The notes under the pieces are model-generated. The model did not search any database. It was given only the letters and a program-made list of their open reading frames with translations, and was not told the DNA's origin. Below are positions 18,533-28,424 of a stretch of 64,000 nt of DNA, piece after piece (position 1 is the first letter of the stretch; each line of letters starts with the position of its first letter). Position numbers and translations under genes: made by a program. This DNA comes from Fidelibacterota bacterium (GTDB lineage: Bacteria; Fidelibacterota; UBA2242; B5-G15). Where the stretch lies: contig JACDNV010000007.1 of assembly GCA_017656425.1 (NCBI GenBank), forward strand, positions 67,821 to 131,820, given 5' to 3'.

Positions 18533-18897
18533 AAAAATGTCAAAATAGAAGCGATTTATCAGAAAGGCTATTAGAGTTCGCAGCAAGTAGCACTAAATTG
18601 ACAGTTAGACTTAAAAGAACTGCTGTAGTACAGTACATAGCAAATCAGCTAATGCGAGCTGCTTCGTCTTCTGGGGCAAATTATGAAGAGGCATGTGGAG
18701 CAGAAAGTAGAGCCGATTTTATAGATAAGATGCAACTCGTCTTGAAGGAATTACGAGAGTCTTTATATTGGCTGAAACTGGTGGAGAGAAGCGACTTAAT
18801 TTCTGGCAATGAGCTACAACCATTATTGGCTGAATCAAACGAATTGATCAAAATTGTTGCAAAATCGGTAATCACTGCGAAAGGAAGGGGAGAATGA
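18523..18897 (+). CDS. four-helix-bundle protein (23S rRNA intervening-sequence protein / Avd-like family)
   Basis: 124 aa. The pattern ERLLEFA....KL...L.RT.....IANQLMRAASSSGANYEEACGAESRADFIDKMQLVLKELRESLYWLKL matches the conserved core I recall for TIGR02436/PF05635 (..QL.RS..S..AN..EA.....S..DFI.K.....KEL.ET..WL.L). Confidence 0.8.
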   Translation: MQIEKCQNRSDLSERLLEFAASSTKLTVRLKRTAVVQYIANQLMRAASSSGANYEEACGAESRADFIDKMQLVLKELRESLYWLKLVERSDLISGNELQPLLAESNELIKIVAKSVITAKGRGE

Positions 18898-18899
18898 CT

Positions 18900-18937
18900 T
18901 TGCAATTTGCATATTGCAATCTTCATTTTGCAATTGC
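18900..18937 (+). repeat. right inverted-repeat arm, five 7-nt units (TTGCAAT TTGCATA TTGCAAT CTTCATT TTGCAAT)
   Basis: It is the reverse complement of the left arm with about 7 mismatches. It begins 3-6 nt after the TGA (18895-18897) of the enclosed ORF. Confidence 0.7.
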
Positions 18938-19212
18938 CGTAAGGCTATCTTGCCCTTCGGGAAATCGCCTTCGGCGACTTCGTGAATACAAGACGATAAA
19001 TGACCTGATGAAGCTTGCAATACAAGTTGAGGATTATCCTGCCAGGGTATTACTATACTGGTTTGTAACTGAGCAAGTTGAAGAAGAAGATCAGACTTCA
19101 AAGATTGTTGGGTTATTAGGAAGAATAGGGGGTTCACAGCAAATATCGATTATGCTGGATACTCAACTTGTAAAAAGAGAAGATTGATTGAAGTTATAGA
19201 AAGGAATAAAAA

Positions 19213-19683
19213 ATGGAAAGAATAAGTCTTGAAGAGGTATTTAAAATTGCGATTGAAATAGAAAGAAATGGTCAGAGATTTTATCGTAATTATGCGGAAA
19301 AAAATGATGATGAAAAAATAAAAGAAGTTTTTAATAATCTTGCTGATATGGAAAGTGATCATGAAAGAGCTTTTATTGAGATGAAAAATAGACTTGTTAC
19401 AGATTATGATAGAATTGAAGCAGATACAGAGGGATTATTGAATGCCTATATAAAAGCCTTTGCCGGTGGTTATATTTTCACTTCAGATGATAAAATAGTT
19501 GAGGCTGGAAGCCCTGATGATATTCTAAAATATGCAATAGGTAAGGAGAAAGATTCCATATCATATTATCTTGCTGTAAAGGAGTTTGTTGTTGGGGAAG
19601 ATAATAAAGATAAGGTTGATAGAATTATAAAAGAGGAAATGAAACATATCATAATTTTATCTGACCTGATCGCTTCATATTAG
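19213..19683 (+). CDS. rubrerythrin/ferritin-like di-iron protein (no rubredoxin domain)
   Basis: Two ExxH-type motifs (LADMESDHERAF and IKEEMKHI) lie in a four-helix layout; the protein begins EEVFKIAIEIERNGQRFY. Confidence 0.7.
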   Translation: MERISLEEVFKIAIEIERNGQRFYRNYAEKNDDEKIKEVFNNLADMESDHERAFIEMKNRLVTDYDRIEADTEGLLNAYIKAFAGGYIFTSDDKIVEAGSPDDILKYAIGKEKDSISYYLAVKEFVVGEDNKDKVDRIIKEEMKHIIILSDLIASY

Positions 19684-19687
19684 GAAT

Positions 19688-20401
19688 GTGGAGAAAATTG
19701 TGGATTATATAGAATTTCAAAAAATTTTGGACTACTTTAGTTATGGATTATACGCAGTTTGTTCCAATAAAAATGGAAAATTGAATGGGCAAATATCAAA
19801 TGCTGTAATGCAGGTCACTGCATTACCTCCCAGAGTAGTAGTTTGTATTAATAAGGTTGAGTTAACCTGGGAATATATAAAAGAGTCCGGTACATTCACA
19901 ATAAATATACTATCTGAAGATGCTCCAATGAAATATATAGGGATACTTGGATATCGGTCTGGTCGAGATTCAGATAAGTTCAGCAAGTTAAAATACAAGT
20001 TAAGTCCGAATGGTAACCCTATTCTTACTGAATATTGTATAGGAGTGATTGAAGCAAATGTTATTGGGGAGATGGATGTTAATAGTCATACATTATTTTT
20101 GGGTGAGGTGATTTATGGTGAAAAATTGGATGAAGGAGTTCCTCTTACATATGACTATTTCAAAAAAATAAAAGGAGGGAAAGCGCCGAAGAATGCTCCA
20201 ACGTATAGATTCAGTGAGAAAGAATTGAGCAAAAAGACGTCCATTCTTTATGAATGTGCAAAGTGCCGATACATATATAATTCTGAAAAAGGTGATCCTG
20301 ATAATAATGTTGAGCCAGGGACTCTTTTCGAAAATTTGCCAGATTTCTGGACTTGCCCCTTATGTGGTAATGGGAAAAGGAATTTTAGAAAATTGGGTTA
20401 A
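19688..20401 (+). CDS. flavin reductase-like domain fused to C-terminal rubredoxin (high-molecular-weight rubredoxin type)
   Basis: GTG start. The N-terminal part is a FMN-binding split-barrel-like region (GQISNAVMQVTALPPRVVVCINK). The C-terminus YECAKCRYIY...PGT.FE.LP.FWTCPLCG is a canonical rubredoxin with 2x CxxC. Confidence 0.8.
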   Translation: MEKIVDYIEFQKILDYFSYGLYAVCSNKNGKLNGQISNAVMQVTALPPRVVVCINKVELTWEYIKESGTFTINILSEDAPMKYIGILGYRSGRDSDKFSKLKYKLSPNGNPILTEYCIGVIEANVIGEMDVNSHTLFLGEVIYGEKLDEGVPLTYDYFKKIKGGKAPKNAPTYRFSEKELSKKTSILYECAKCRYIYNSEKGDPDNNVEPGTLFENLPDFWTCPLCGNGKRNFRKLG

Positions 20402-20403
20402 AA

Positions 20404-21171
20404 ATGTTATCTATTGAGAATCTAACCGTTTCTATTGATGGAAAGAAAATTTTAAGTAATATTAACCTTCAGATAGAAGATGGAAGAGCAGTTGTCCTTT
20501 TTGGTCCTAATGGTTCCGGGAAGACCACCCTATTGATGACTATAATAGGAATCGGCGATTACAAAATAGAATCAGGGAAAATTTATTTTAAAGGTGTAGA
20601 TATTACAAATCTGCCACCTTATGAAAGAGTAAGAATGGGAATAGGTGTAATGTTTCAAAGACCTCCAACTGTCAGAGGCATTACGATCAGGGATATTATT
20701 AAACTTTTTAAAAATTTTACTGAAGAAGAATTTGAAAAATATATTAAAGAATTGAAGGCAGAGCATTTAATTGATCGTTCAATAAATGATGGATTTTCAG
20801 GGGGTGAAATAAAAAGATCGGAATTATTACAACTTTTAATTCAGAAACCTGGACTATCTCTGATTGATGAGCCAGAGTCTGGGGTTGATGTTGAAAATAT
20901 CGAAATTGTAGGTAAGGCAATAAAAAAATTATTGGATAAAGAATTTTTGGATTTGAAAGACAGTGAAACCATGAAAAATCACAAAAAGGGTAGAAAGAGT
21001 TCTGGTTTAATAATTACTCATACTGGAATTATTCTGGATTATGTTCCAGCTGATGAGGGACTGGTATTGGTCAATGGAAGAATTGTATGTAAGGGGAACC
21101 CTTATGAAATATTTGATCTTATAAAAAATAAAGGGTTTGATGAATGTCTAAGGTGCGCGATAAAGGATTAG
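20404..21171 (+). CDS. sufC: Fe-S cluster assembly ATPase SufC
   Basis: Walker A GPNGSGKTT, signature-like FSGGEIKR, Walker B LSLIDEPESGVD and H-loop ITH. It lies directly upstream of, and overlaps, a SufB/D gene. Confidence 0.88.
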   Translation: MLSIENLTVSIDGKKILSNINLQIEDGRAVVLFGPNGSGKTTLLMTIIGIGDYKIESGKIYFKGVDITNLPPYERVRMGIGVMFQRPPTVRGITIRDIIKLFKNFTEEEFEKYIKELKAEHLIDRSINDGFSGGEIKRSELLQLLIQKPGLSLIDEPESGVDVENIEIVGKAIKKLLDKEFLDLKDSETMKNHKKGRKSSGLIITHTGIILDYVPADEGLVLVNGRIVCKGNPYEIFDLIKNKGFDECLRCAIKD

Positions 21172-22349
21172 ATATAAAGTTTCCACATGAGGTTAACCTT
21201 AAAGAATATAAGATAGAAAATTTAAATGAACACCCTGCAATAGACAATCTGGAACAGATCTCAGAACAGGACAAGGAAATAATGATTCATGCTGGTATAG
21301 ACACCGGTGATGAAAAGGGTGGTACTTTTTTAATGAAAGATCAGTCTGTGATACATACGAGGGTTAAACAACCTGGTATTGAATTACTATCTATTCATGA
21401 TGCAAAAGAAAAGTATCCGGAATTTTTCCAGAAATATTATTGGAAATTAATAGCTCCTGATACTGATAAGTATACTAAATTTGTTCATGATAATATTGAG
21501 TCAGGATATTTTATTTATATAAAAAAAGGTGTAAAAGGATTTTTCCCCATACAGTCATGTTTATTTCTTGAACATCCAGGGATTGTGCAAAATGTTCACA
21601 ACCTGATTGTACTTGAGGAAAACTCATCTCTGGAAATTATAACTGGATGCACGTCGAAAGATTTACTTTCAGAAGGTGGAGCTCACCTTGGTATTACAGA
21701 GATATATGTTGGTAAGGGAGCACAGCTTACTTATTCGATGATTCATAACTGGCATGAGATTGTACGAGTTAGACCCAGGACCTCTATATACGTTGAGGAA
21801 GGCGGAACTTTCGTTTCAAATTATGTACTCTTAAAAAAGGTGAAAGATGTACAGATGAATCCGATAGCTTATCTCGCCGGGAGGGGTGCCAAAGTAAGAT
21901 TTAACAGTATAATAGTATCCTATGAGGACTCATATCTCGATATAGGTGCAAGAGTTGTACTTGATGCACCAGAAACATCTACAGAGATTATATCCCGTGT
22001 TGTCAATAGGGGAGGAAAAGTAATAGCTAGGGGATTAATTTCCGGTAATGTGCCAGGTGTCAGGGGTCATCTCGAATGCCAGGGACTAATTTTAAATGAA
22101 GGGGGAGAAATTTACACGATTCCACAGCTAAATGGATTATCCCCAGATATAATGCTCTCCCATGAAGCAGCTGTAGGCAAGATAGCACGTGAAGAAGTGG
22201 AGTATCTAATGGCGAGAGGAATTGAAGAAGACGATGCAGTTGGTCTTATTATAAGAGGATTTTTATACGAGGGTCTTGAAAATTTTCCCAGTGTATTGAA
22301 ACTAGAAATCGATAGAGTAATTGAGGAAACAAAAAGAAAAGGTTACTGA
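21144..22349 (+). CDS. sufB: Fe-S cluster assembly scaffold SufB/SufD family protein
   Basis: 401 aa. The C-terminal beta-helix region has the typical ..HLECQGLIL......IPQL......LSHEAAVGKI..E...YLMARGI....A...I..GF. Confidence 0.85.
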   Translation: MSKVRDKGLDIKFPHEVNLKEYKIENLNEHPAIDNLEQISEQDKEIMIHAGIDTGDEKGGTFLMKDQSVIHTRVKQPGIELLSIHDAKEKYPEFFQKYYWKLIAPDTDKYTKFVHDNIESGYFIYIKKGVKGFFPIQSCLFLEHPGIVQNVHNLIVLEENSSLEIITGCTSKDLLSEGGAHLGITEIYVGKGAQLTYSMIHNWHEIVRVRPRTSIYVEEGGTFVSNYVLLKKVKDVQMNPIAYLAGRGAKVRFNSIIVSYEDSYLDIGARVVLDAPETSTEIISRVVNRGGKVIARGLISGNVPGVRGHLECQGLILNEGGEIYTIPQLNGLSPDIMLSHEAAVGKIAREEVEYLMARGIEEDDAVGLIIRGFLYEGLENFPSVLKLEIDRVIEETKRKGY

Positions 22350-22434
22350 ACCATCGTTGAAGTATTCTGTTATCAGATGAAAATAAAATAACCTGGATAA
22401 ACATTAGAAATAATTGATTTTATTTTTAATTTAG

Positions 22435-24514
<2,080 letters not shown>

Positions 24515-24518
24515 TAAA

Positions 24519-26171
24519 ATGACAAAAAGAAAATTTTTAACAATAAGTTTGTCGTTAATTTTTATGAATATTTTAGTATTAGGACAAAATCCTAATAGAA
24601 TATATGATATTGATGATTGGATTACATATAAAAACTGTAATTATGTAACAAGTTTATGTGAAACTCCAGAATATGTCTATTTTGGTACGAGTGGAGGTAT
24701 AATCCCTTATCATAAATTTAAAAGATGCTTTGAAGACCCTATTACGAGGAGCAATGGTCTAAGCGGTGATATCATTAAGAGTATTTGCTATGATTGGACT
24801 ACAGGATATTTATGGGTTGTACACGAAAATGGGATAAGTTACAGGAATCCATCAGATAGGAGGTGGAATAATCTTCCATTTACATCAATTGGTATAACTC
24901 AACCGAGTAATCTTCTAAGGATTGGTTCTGATGGTGCCTATATATGGGTCCAGATAAATGGTAATGAATACATAAAACTTGACAAATTTGTGGGTTACAG
25001 GTTGGGTAAAGAAATTCCACATGATTCTGTCCACTGGAGTATATCATCAGCTGATTATTTCCGTGATTATAGTGCATATACCGTTGATGGTAATTATCAA
25101 TGTTATTCAGATGGTATGGTTGTAGATCCATTATTCAGGAAATATTCAATATCAGTTTTTTATGTAGCAAGTGATGGGAAAATATATGGAGGACTCACTG
25201 GAGGTGGAATCATAATTGGTGATGAAAATACGAAGTTTTTATCGATTAAACAGCTTGGTCCATTAAACAATAATGTAACGACCGTCGCTGTAGGTAGAGA
25301 CAGAATATTTCTTGGTAGCAGTGAGTCAACGGGATATCTTTTTTCTCAGAGAACTGGAGTTTCTTCTTTTGATTTAAATGGATATGTATGGGAATATTTT
25401 GAGAGTGGTTATATATTTGAATTAGCAGATAAAATTGTTAATAAGATTTGTTTTAATGGTGAAAGTCTTGTAATAGGTACTTCGCAGGGAGTAGTTGTGT
25501 ATGAAATTTCCAGGGGATTGTGGGATATTGAATTTTTAGATAAGTATTTGCCCGATCAAAAGGTGATATCGCTTGCTTTTAATGATTCTTTGGTATTTGC
25601 CGGGACTGAGTATGGGTTATTAGCTTTTAGTTTACCATACTTGAAGCTGGAAGAAAGAATATCGACAATTCCTGTATATACGAATGTCTTAGATATGGTT
25701 ATTAATCAAAATGATTTATGGATTGCAACATCCAATGGAATATATTTGATTAACACCTCGACGGGTGAGATGTCTCATTATGATATGTATTTTAAAAGAA
25801 TTGATAATGATGACATAGTGGCTTTTAGTGTTGATGCTATTGAATATTCCAATGGAAGAGTATTTTATAATCGAAGACAGGATTTATATCTGTATAATAT
25901 CGAAAATAATAAGGTTGTTGATTTGCCGACTATTTCAAGTAATAAAAATCTTATAATCTTGGATATGAAGGTGTATGATAACTATTTATGTGTTGCAACT
26001 AATGATGGAATATTTATGATTAATCTTGAAGATAATTATTATGAGCATCTAACAATTGATGACGGAATCGGCGGAGAGCTGGTTTATGAGGTATGTTTTT
26101 ATAATGATTATTTGTGGCTTGCGACTAATAATGGTTTGACTAAATTTAATTGGAGGAAATATTATGATTAA
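24519..26171 (+). CDS. secreted beta-propeller protein (two-component-regulator-propeller-like repeats)
   Basis: Signal peptide, then recurring blades of the type LW(I/L)AT.NG(I/L)..(I/F)N (for example LWIATSNGIYLIN, LWLATNNGLTKFN, VFAGTEYGLLAF, LCVATNDGIFMINL). Confidence 0.55.
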   Translation: MTKRKFLTISLSLIFMNILVLGQNPNRIYDIDDWITYKNCNYVTSLCETPEYVYFGTSGGIIPYHKFKRCFEDPITRSNGLSGDIIKSICYDWTTGYLWVVHENGISYRNPSDRRWNNLPFTSIGITQPSNLLRIGSDGAYIWVQINGNEYIKLDKFVGYRLGKEIPHDSVHWSISSADYFRDYSAYTVDGNYQCYSDGMVVDPLFRKYSISVFYVASDGKIYGGLTGGGIIIGDENTKFLSIKQLGPLNNNVTTVAVGRDRIFLGSSESTGYLFSQRTGVSSFDLNGYVWEYFESGYIFELADKIVNKICFNGESLVIGTSQGVVVYEISRGLWDIEFLDKYLPDQKVISLAFNDSLVFAGTEYGLLAFSLPYLKLEERISTIPVYTNVLDMVINQNDLWIATSNGIYLINTSTGEMSHYDMYFKRIDNDDIVAFSVDAIEYSNGRVFYNRRQDLYLYNIENNKVVDLPTISSNKNLIILDMKVYDNYLCVATNDGIFMINLEDNYYEHLTIDDGIGGELVYEVCFYNDYLWLATNNGLTKFNWRKYYD

Positions 26172-27441
26172 AAAAACAATAAAGATTGTCATTACTATAA
26201 TTTTTATTTTTGTTCTTTGTAATGGACAGAGTGGATTGAGGGAAAATTTTCAATATAGTCAGGAGACTGAATCTCCATTTTTCTATTATGATGTTATATA
26301 TTATCCACTTGTGACGCGTGATTCTGTAGATATTGAGATTATAATTAAGGTGCCTTTCGATGCTGTGGTATTTGTTAAAGATGGAGATTATTTTGTGGGA
26401 AAGTATGAGATAAATATACTACTTTTGGATGAGCAGGAAGCTCAAGTGGCTTCAAAAATATGGACACAGGAAATAAGGACGAAGAATTATGATGAGACAA
26501 ATTCAACCGAGCATTATGATGTTAGTAAAATTGTTTTCCGTGAAGGACCATCAAATTATTTTCTGACGATTGGCATTATGGATTTGGAAACAAAAAAAAG
26601 TAGCTTTAGAAAGAAGAAATTAAATTTAAAAGATTTTTATAGTAGAACCCTTACAATCAGTAAAATCTTTATTGTAGACCAGGTCATAACTCATGAGGAC
26701 GGTACTATAGAGTTAATACCGTCTATTAATAATAGTGTAAAAAATGAAAATGATTACTTTTATATAGGATTTGTATTGTTATCAGATAGTGGGTATGCAA
26801 ATTTTAATTATACCATTTCGGATATGGATAATAATATAATTCTTCAAGGTGAATACAATAAGTATTTGAAAAAAGGGCGAACACAGGAACTTGTTAAAAT
26901 AAAAAGGCAAAAATTAGGCTATAATAGGTACAAATTCCATCTTAGAATAAATATCAATAATGAAACGGTAGAACAGAACCTTGTCTTCAATGTAAGATGG
27001 TATGGAATGTCGAATTATATAAATAATCTTGATGAAGCTATTCAACAATTGAGGTATATTGCCTCAGCCAAGACGATAAGGGATATGCTCAAAAGTTCAG
27101 AAGAGGAGAAAAAGGAGAAGTTTAAAAAGTTTTGGGCTGACCTTGATCCAAGTCCTGGTACAGAGAAAAATGAATTAATGGAAGAGTATTATAGAAGAGT
27201 AGCCTATGCTAATGAACATTTTTCTAACTTTCTTCCCGGCTGGAAAACAGATAGAGGTATGATTTTTATACTTTTTGGTCCGCCAAGTGAAGTTGAAAGA
27301 CATCCTTTTGAAATGAATACAAGGCCATATGAGATCTGGTACTATTATGAGATAAACAGAACATTCGTATTTGTTGATGAGACTGGGTTTGGCGATTATA
27401 GACTAGTTTCACCCATTTATGATGTTCCAGGGATTTATTAA
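26164..27441 (+). CDS. GWxTD domain protein (paralog 1)
   Basis: Signal peptide. The C-terminal motif is PGWKTDRGMIFILFGPPSEVERHP......PYEIWYY....R.FVFVDETGFGDYRLV. The start overlaps the upstream propeller gene by 8 nt. Confidence 0.8.
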   Translation: MIKKTIKIVITIIFIFVLCNGQSGLRENFQYSQETESPFFYYDVIYYPLVTRDSVDIEIIIKVPFDAVVFVKDGDYFVGKYEINILLLDEQEAQVASKIWTQEIRTKNYDETNSTEHYDVSKIVFREGPSNYFLTIGIMDLETKKSSFRKKKLNLKDFYSRTLTISKIFIVDQVITHEDGTIELIPSINNSVKNENDYFYIGFVLLSDSGYANFNYTISDMDNNIILQGEYNKYLKKGRTQELVKIKRQKLGYNRYKFHLRININNETVEQNLVFNVRWYGMSNYINNLDEAIQQLRYIASAKTIRDMLKSSEEEKKEKFKKFWADLDPSPGTEKNELMEEYYRRVAYANEHFSNFLPGWKTDRGMIFILFGPPSEVERHPFEMNTRPYEIWYYYEINRTFVFVDETGFGDYRLVSPIYDVPGIY

Positions 27442-27464
27442 TTTCATGATCAAAAAAAAGAAGA

Positions 27465-28424
27465 TTAATTTTCCAGATACGTTATCTTTTGTATTAATAT
27501 TTTCCCTGAATTAAATAAACTATATACAATCCATTTACCATCAGGAGACCATGAGGGAGATAGCTCAATTTTGTCAGGAGTATTTGTAATCTGAAAGAGG
27601 TTTTTACCATCCCATGTAGAAATATATATATCCGATGATATAAAGTTATGTCCGTCATCGGTTGACTTACAAAAAACCAGATGTTTGCTGTCTGGCGACC
27701 AGGATACGCTGTTAGCATCAGGAAGTTTATATGTAATGTTCTCCCGAAGTGATAGTATATAAACCAGTGATGCAGTTGTTTCAATAGCGATTTTATTATG
27801 ATCTGGAGATATTGCTGTGTCGATTATTCTAAAATTTGAAAGCTCAATTTTTAATTGATCTAAGATGTTGATTTCAGTGTCTTTTTGTGGATTATAGAGG
27901 TATAACTTATTGTCTTTTACATAGATAAGATTCTCATATCCATTTTGTTCTTGCTTATTAAAAACAGGGAACATCTTGAGTTGATCATAAAAATTTAAAT
28001 ATATGCTTTTCCCATCTTTCGTCCATAATGGGAATCCGCTGTCGTCTTTATTGTATTCCTTTATTATTATAAATTTCCCGGAAGGTATTTCAAAAATTTT
28101 TATTGCAGAATAAATCTTATCAAATTGTTTTTTATTTACTTTAGCCGCTATGAATTTACCATCGGGGCTCCATTGGTATTTGTATCCAGCGCTTAGCTCA
28201 TCAGTAATTTGATGGATTTTTTTATCTTTCAAAGATATAACATAAATACCATTGTATTTTGGTTCGGTTACGCTTATATATTTTAAATTTGGTGACCATT
28301 TCGGTGATATAAAATATTTATCTTTTGGCGAGACTATTATTGGGACGCCAACAATTTTTATTGGCTGTGCTGTTAAAAAATTGATTATTGATAGAATTAG
28401 TATAATTGCGTTATTTATTTTCAT
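27465..28424 (-). CDS. PD40/TolB-like beta-propeller protein
   Basis: Signal peptide MKINNAIILILSIINFLTAQP and repeated WSPDGK/WSPDSK/WSPNLK blades. The start at the Met at 28424 gives a 14-nt overlap with the upstream gene. Confidence 0.75.
   Translation of the reverse strand: MKINNAIILILSIINFLTAQPIKIVGVPIIVSPKDKYFISPKWSPNLKYISVTEPKYNGIYVISLKDKKIHQITDELSAGYKYQWSPDGKFIAAKVNKKQFDKIYSAIKIFEIPSGKFIIIKEYNKDDSGFPLWTKDGKSIYLNFYDQLKMFPVFNKQEQNGYENLIYVKDNKLYLYNPQKDTEINILDQLKIELSNFRIIDTAISPDHNKIAIETTASLVYILSLRENITYKLPDANSVSWSPDSKHLVFCKSTDDGHNFISSDIYISTWDGKNLFQITNTPDKIELSPSWSPDGKWIVYSLFNSGKILIQKITYLEN

Larger units (their letters stand above)
18492..18995 (+). mobile_element. hairpin-flanked cassette carrying a four-helix-bundle protein gene, inserted in ferritin
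   Basis: It occupies exactly the sequence between ferritin codons K113 and I(+1) and is 504 nt long. Imperfect inverted arms enclose the ORF. By eye its G+C is higher than the flanks. It has no recombinase gene and no evident target-site duplication. Confidence 0.55.
18153..19187 (+). pseudogene. ftn: ferritin interrupted by a 504-nt insertion (N-part 18153-18491, C-part 18996-19187, same frame)
   Basis: The N-part encodes LNEQIKLEFESAYIYLSMATYF...EEVEHAMKF...AYEHERFVTGK. The C-part encodes INDLMKLAIQVEDYPARVLLYWFVTEQVEEE...IMLDTQLVKRED. The joined sequence gives a normal ferritin helix C, and both parts are in the same reading frame. There is an in-frame TGA at 18531-18533 inside the insert. 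Confidence 0.85.

Noticed and set aside
18500-18940. Heptamer tandem repeats as a CRISPR array or minisatellite
   Set aside because: The units are 7 nt with no spacers, and there are only 3 and 5 copies. They form the two complementary arms of one hairpin. No cas genes are present.
18492-18995. The ferritin insertion as a self-splicing group I or II intron, an intein, or an archaeal-type bulge-helix-bulge intron religated by the RtcB/archease pair encoded at 61-63 kb
   Set aside because: An intein is excluded by the in-frame TGA at 18531 and by the ORF being in another frame. It lacks the GUGYG...AY group II ends and is far too short. For group I, the 5' exon does not end in U when the 3' end is placed at the terminal G, and I see no P1-P9-like core. 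I could not build the 4-bp central helix with two 3-nt bulges needed for a BHB motif from the junction sequences. RNase III-type cleavage of the stem would leave ends that RtcB does not join. The multiple-of-3 length has a 1 in 3 chance of occurring anyway.
18894-19187. ORF 18894-19187 as an independent 97-aa gene
   Set aside because: Its first 34 codons are read-through of the cassette arm and tail. From nt 18996 it is simply the C-terminal third of ferritin, in the same frame as the N-terminal part.
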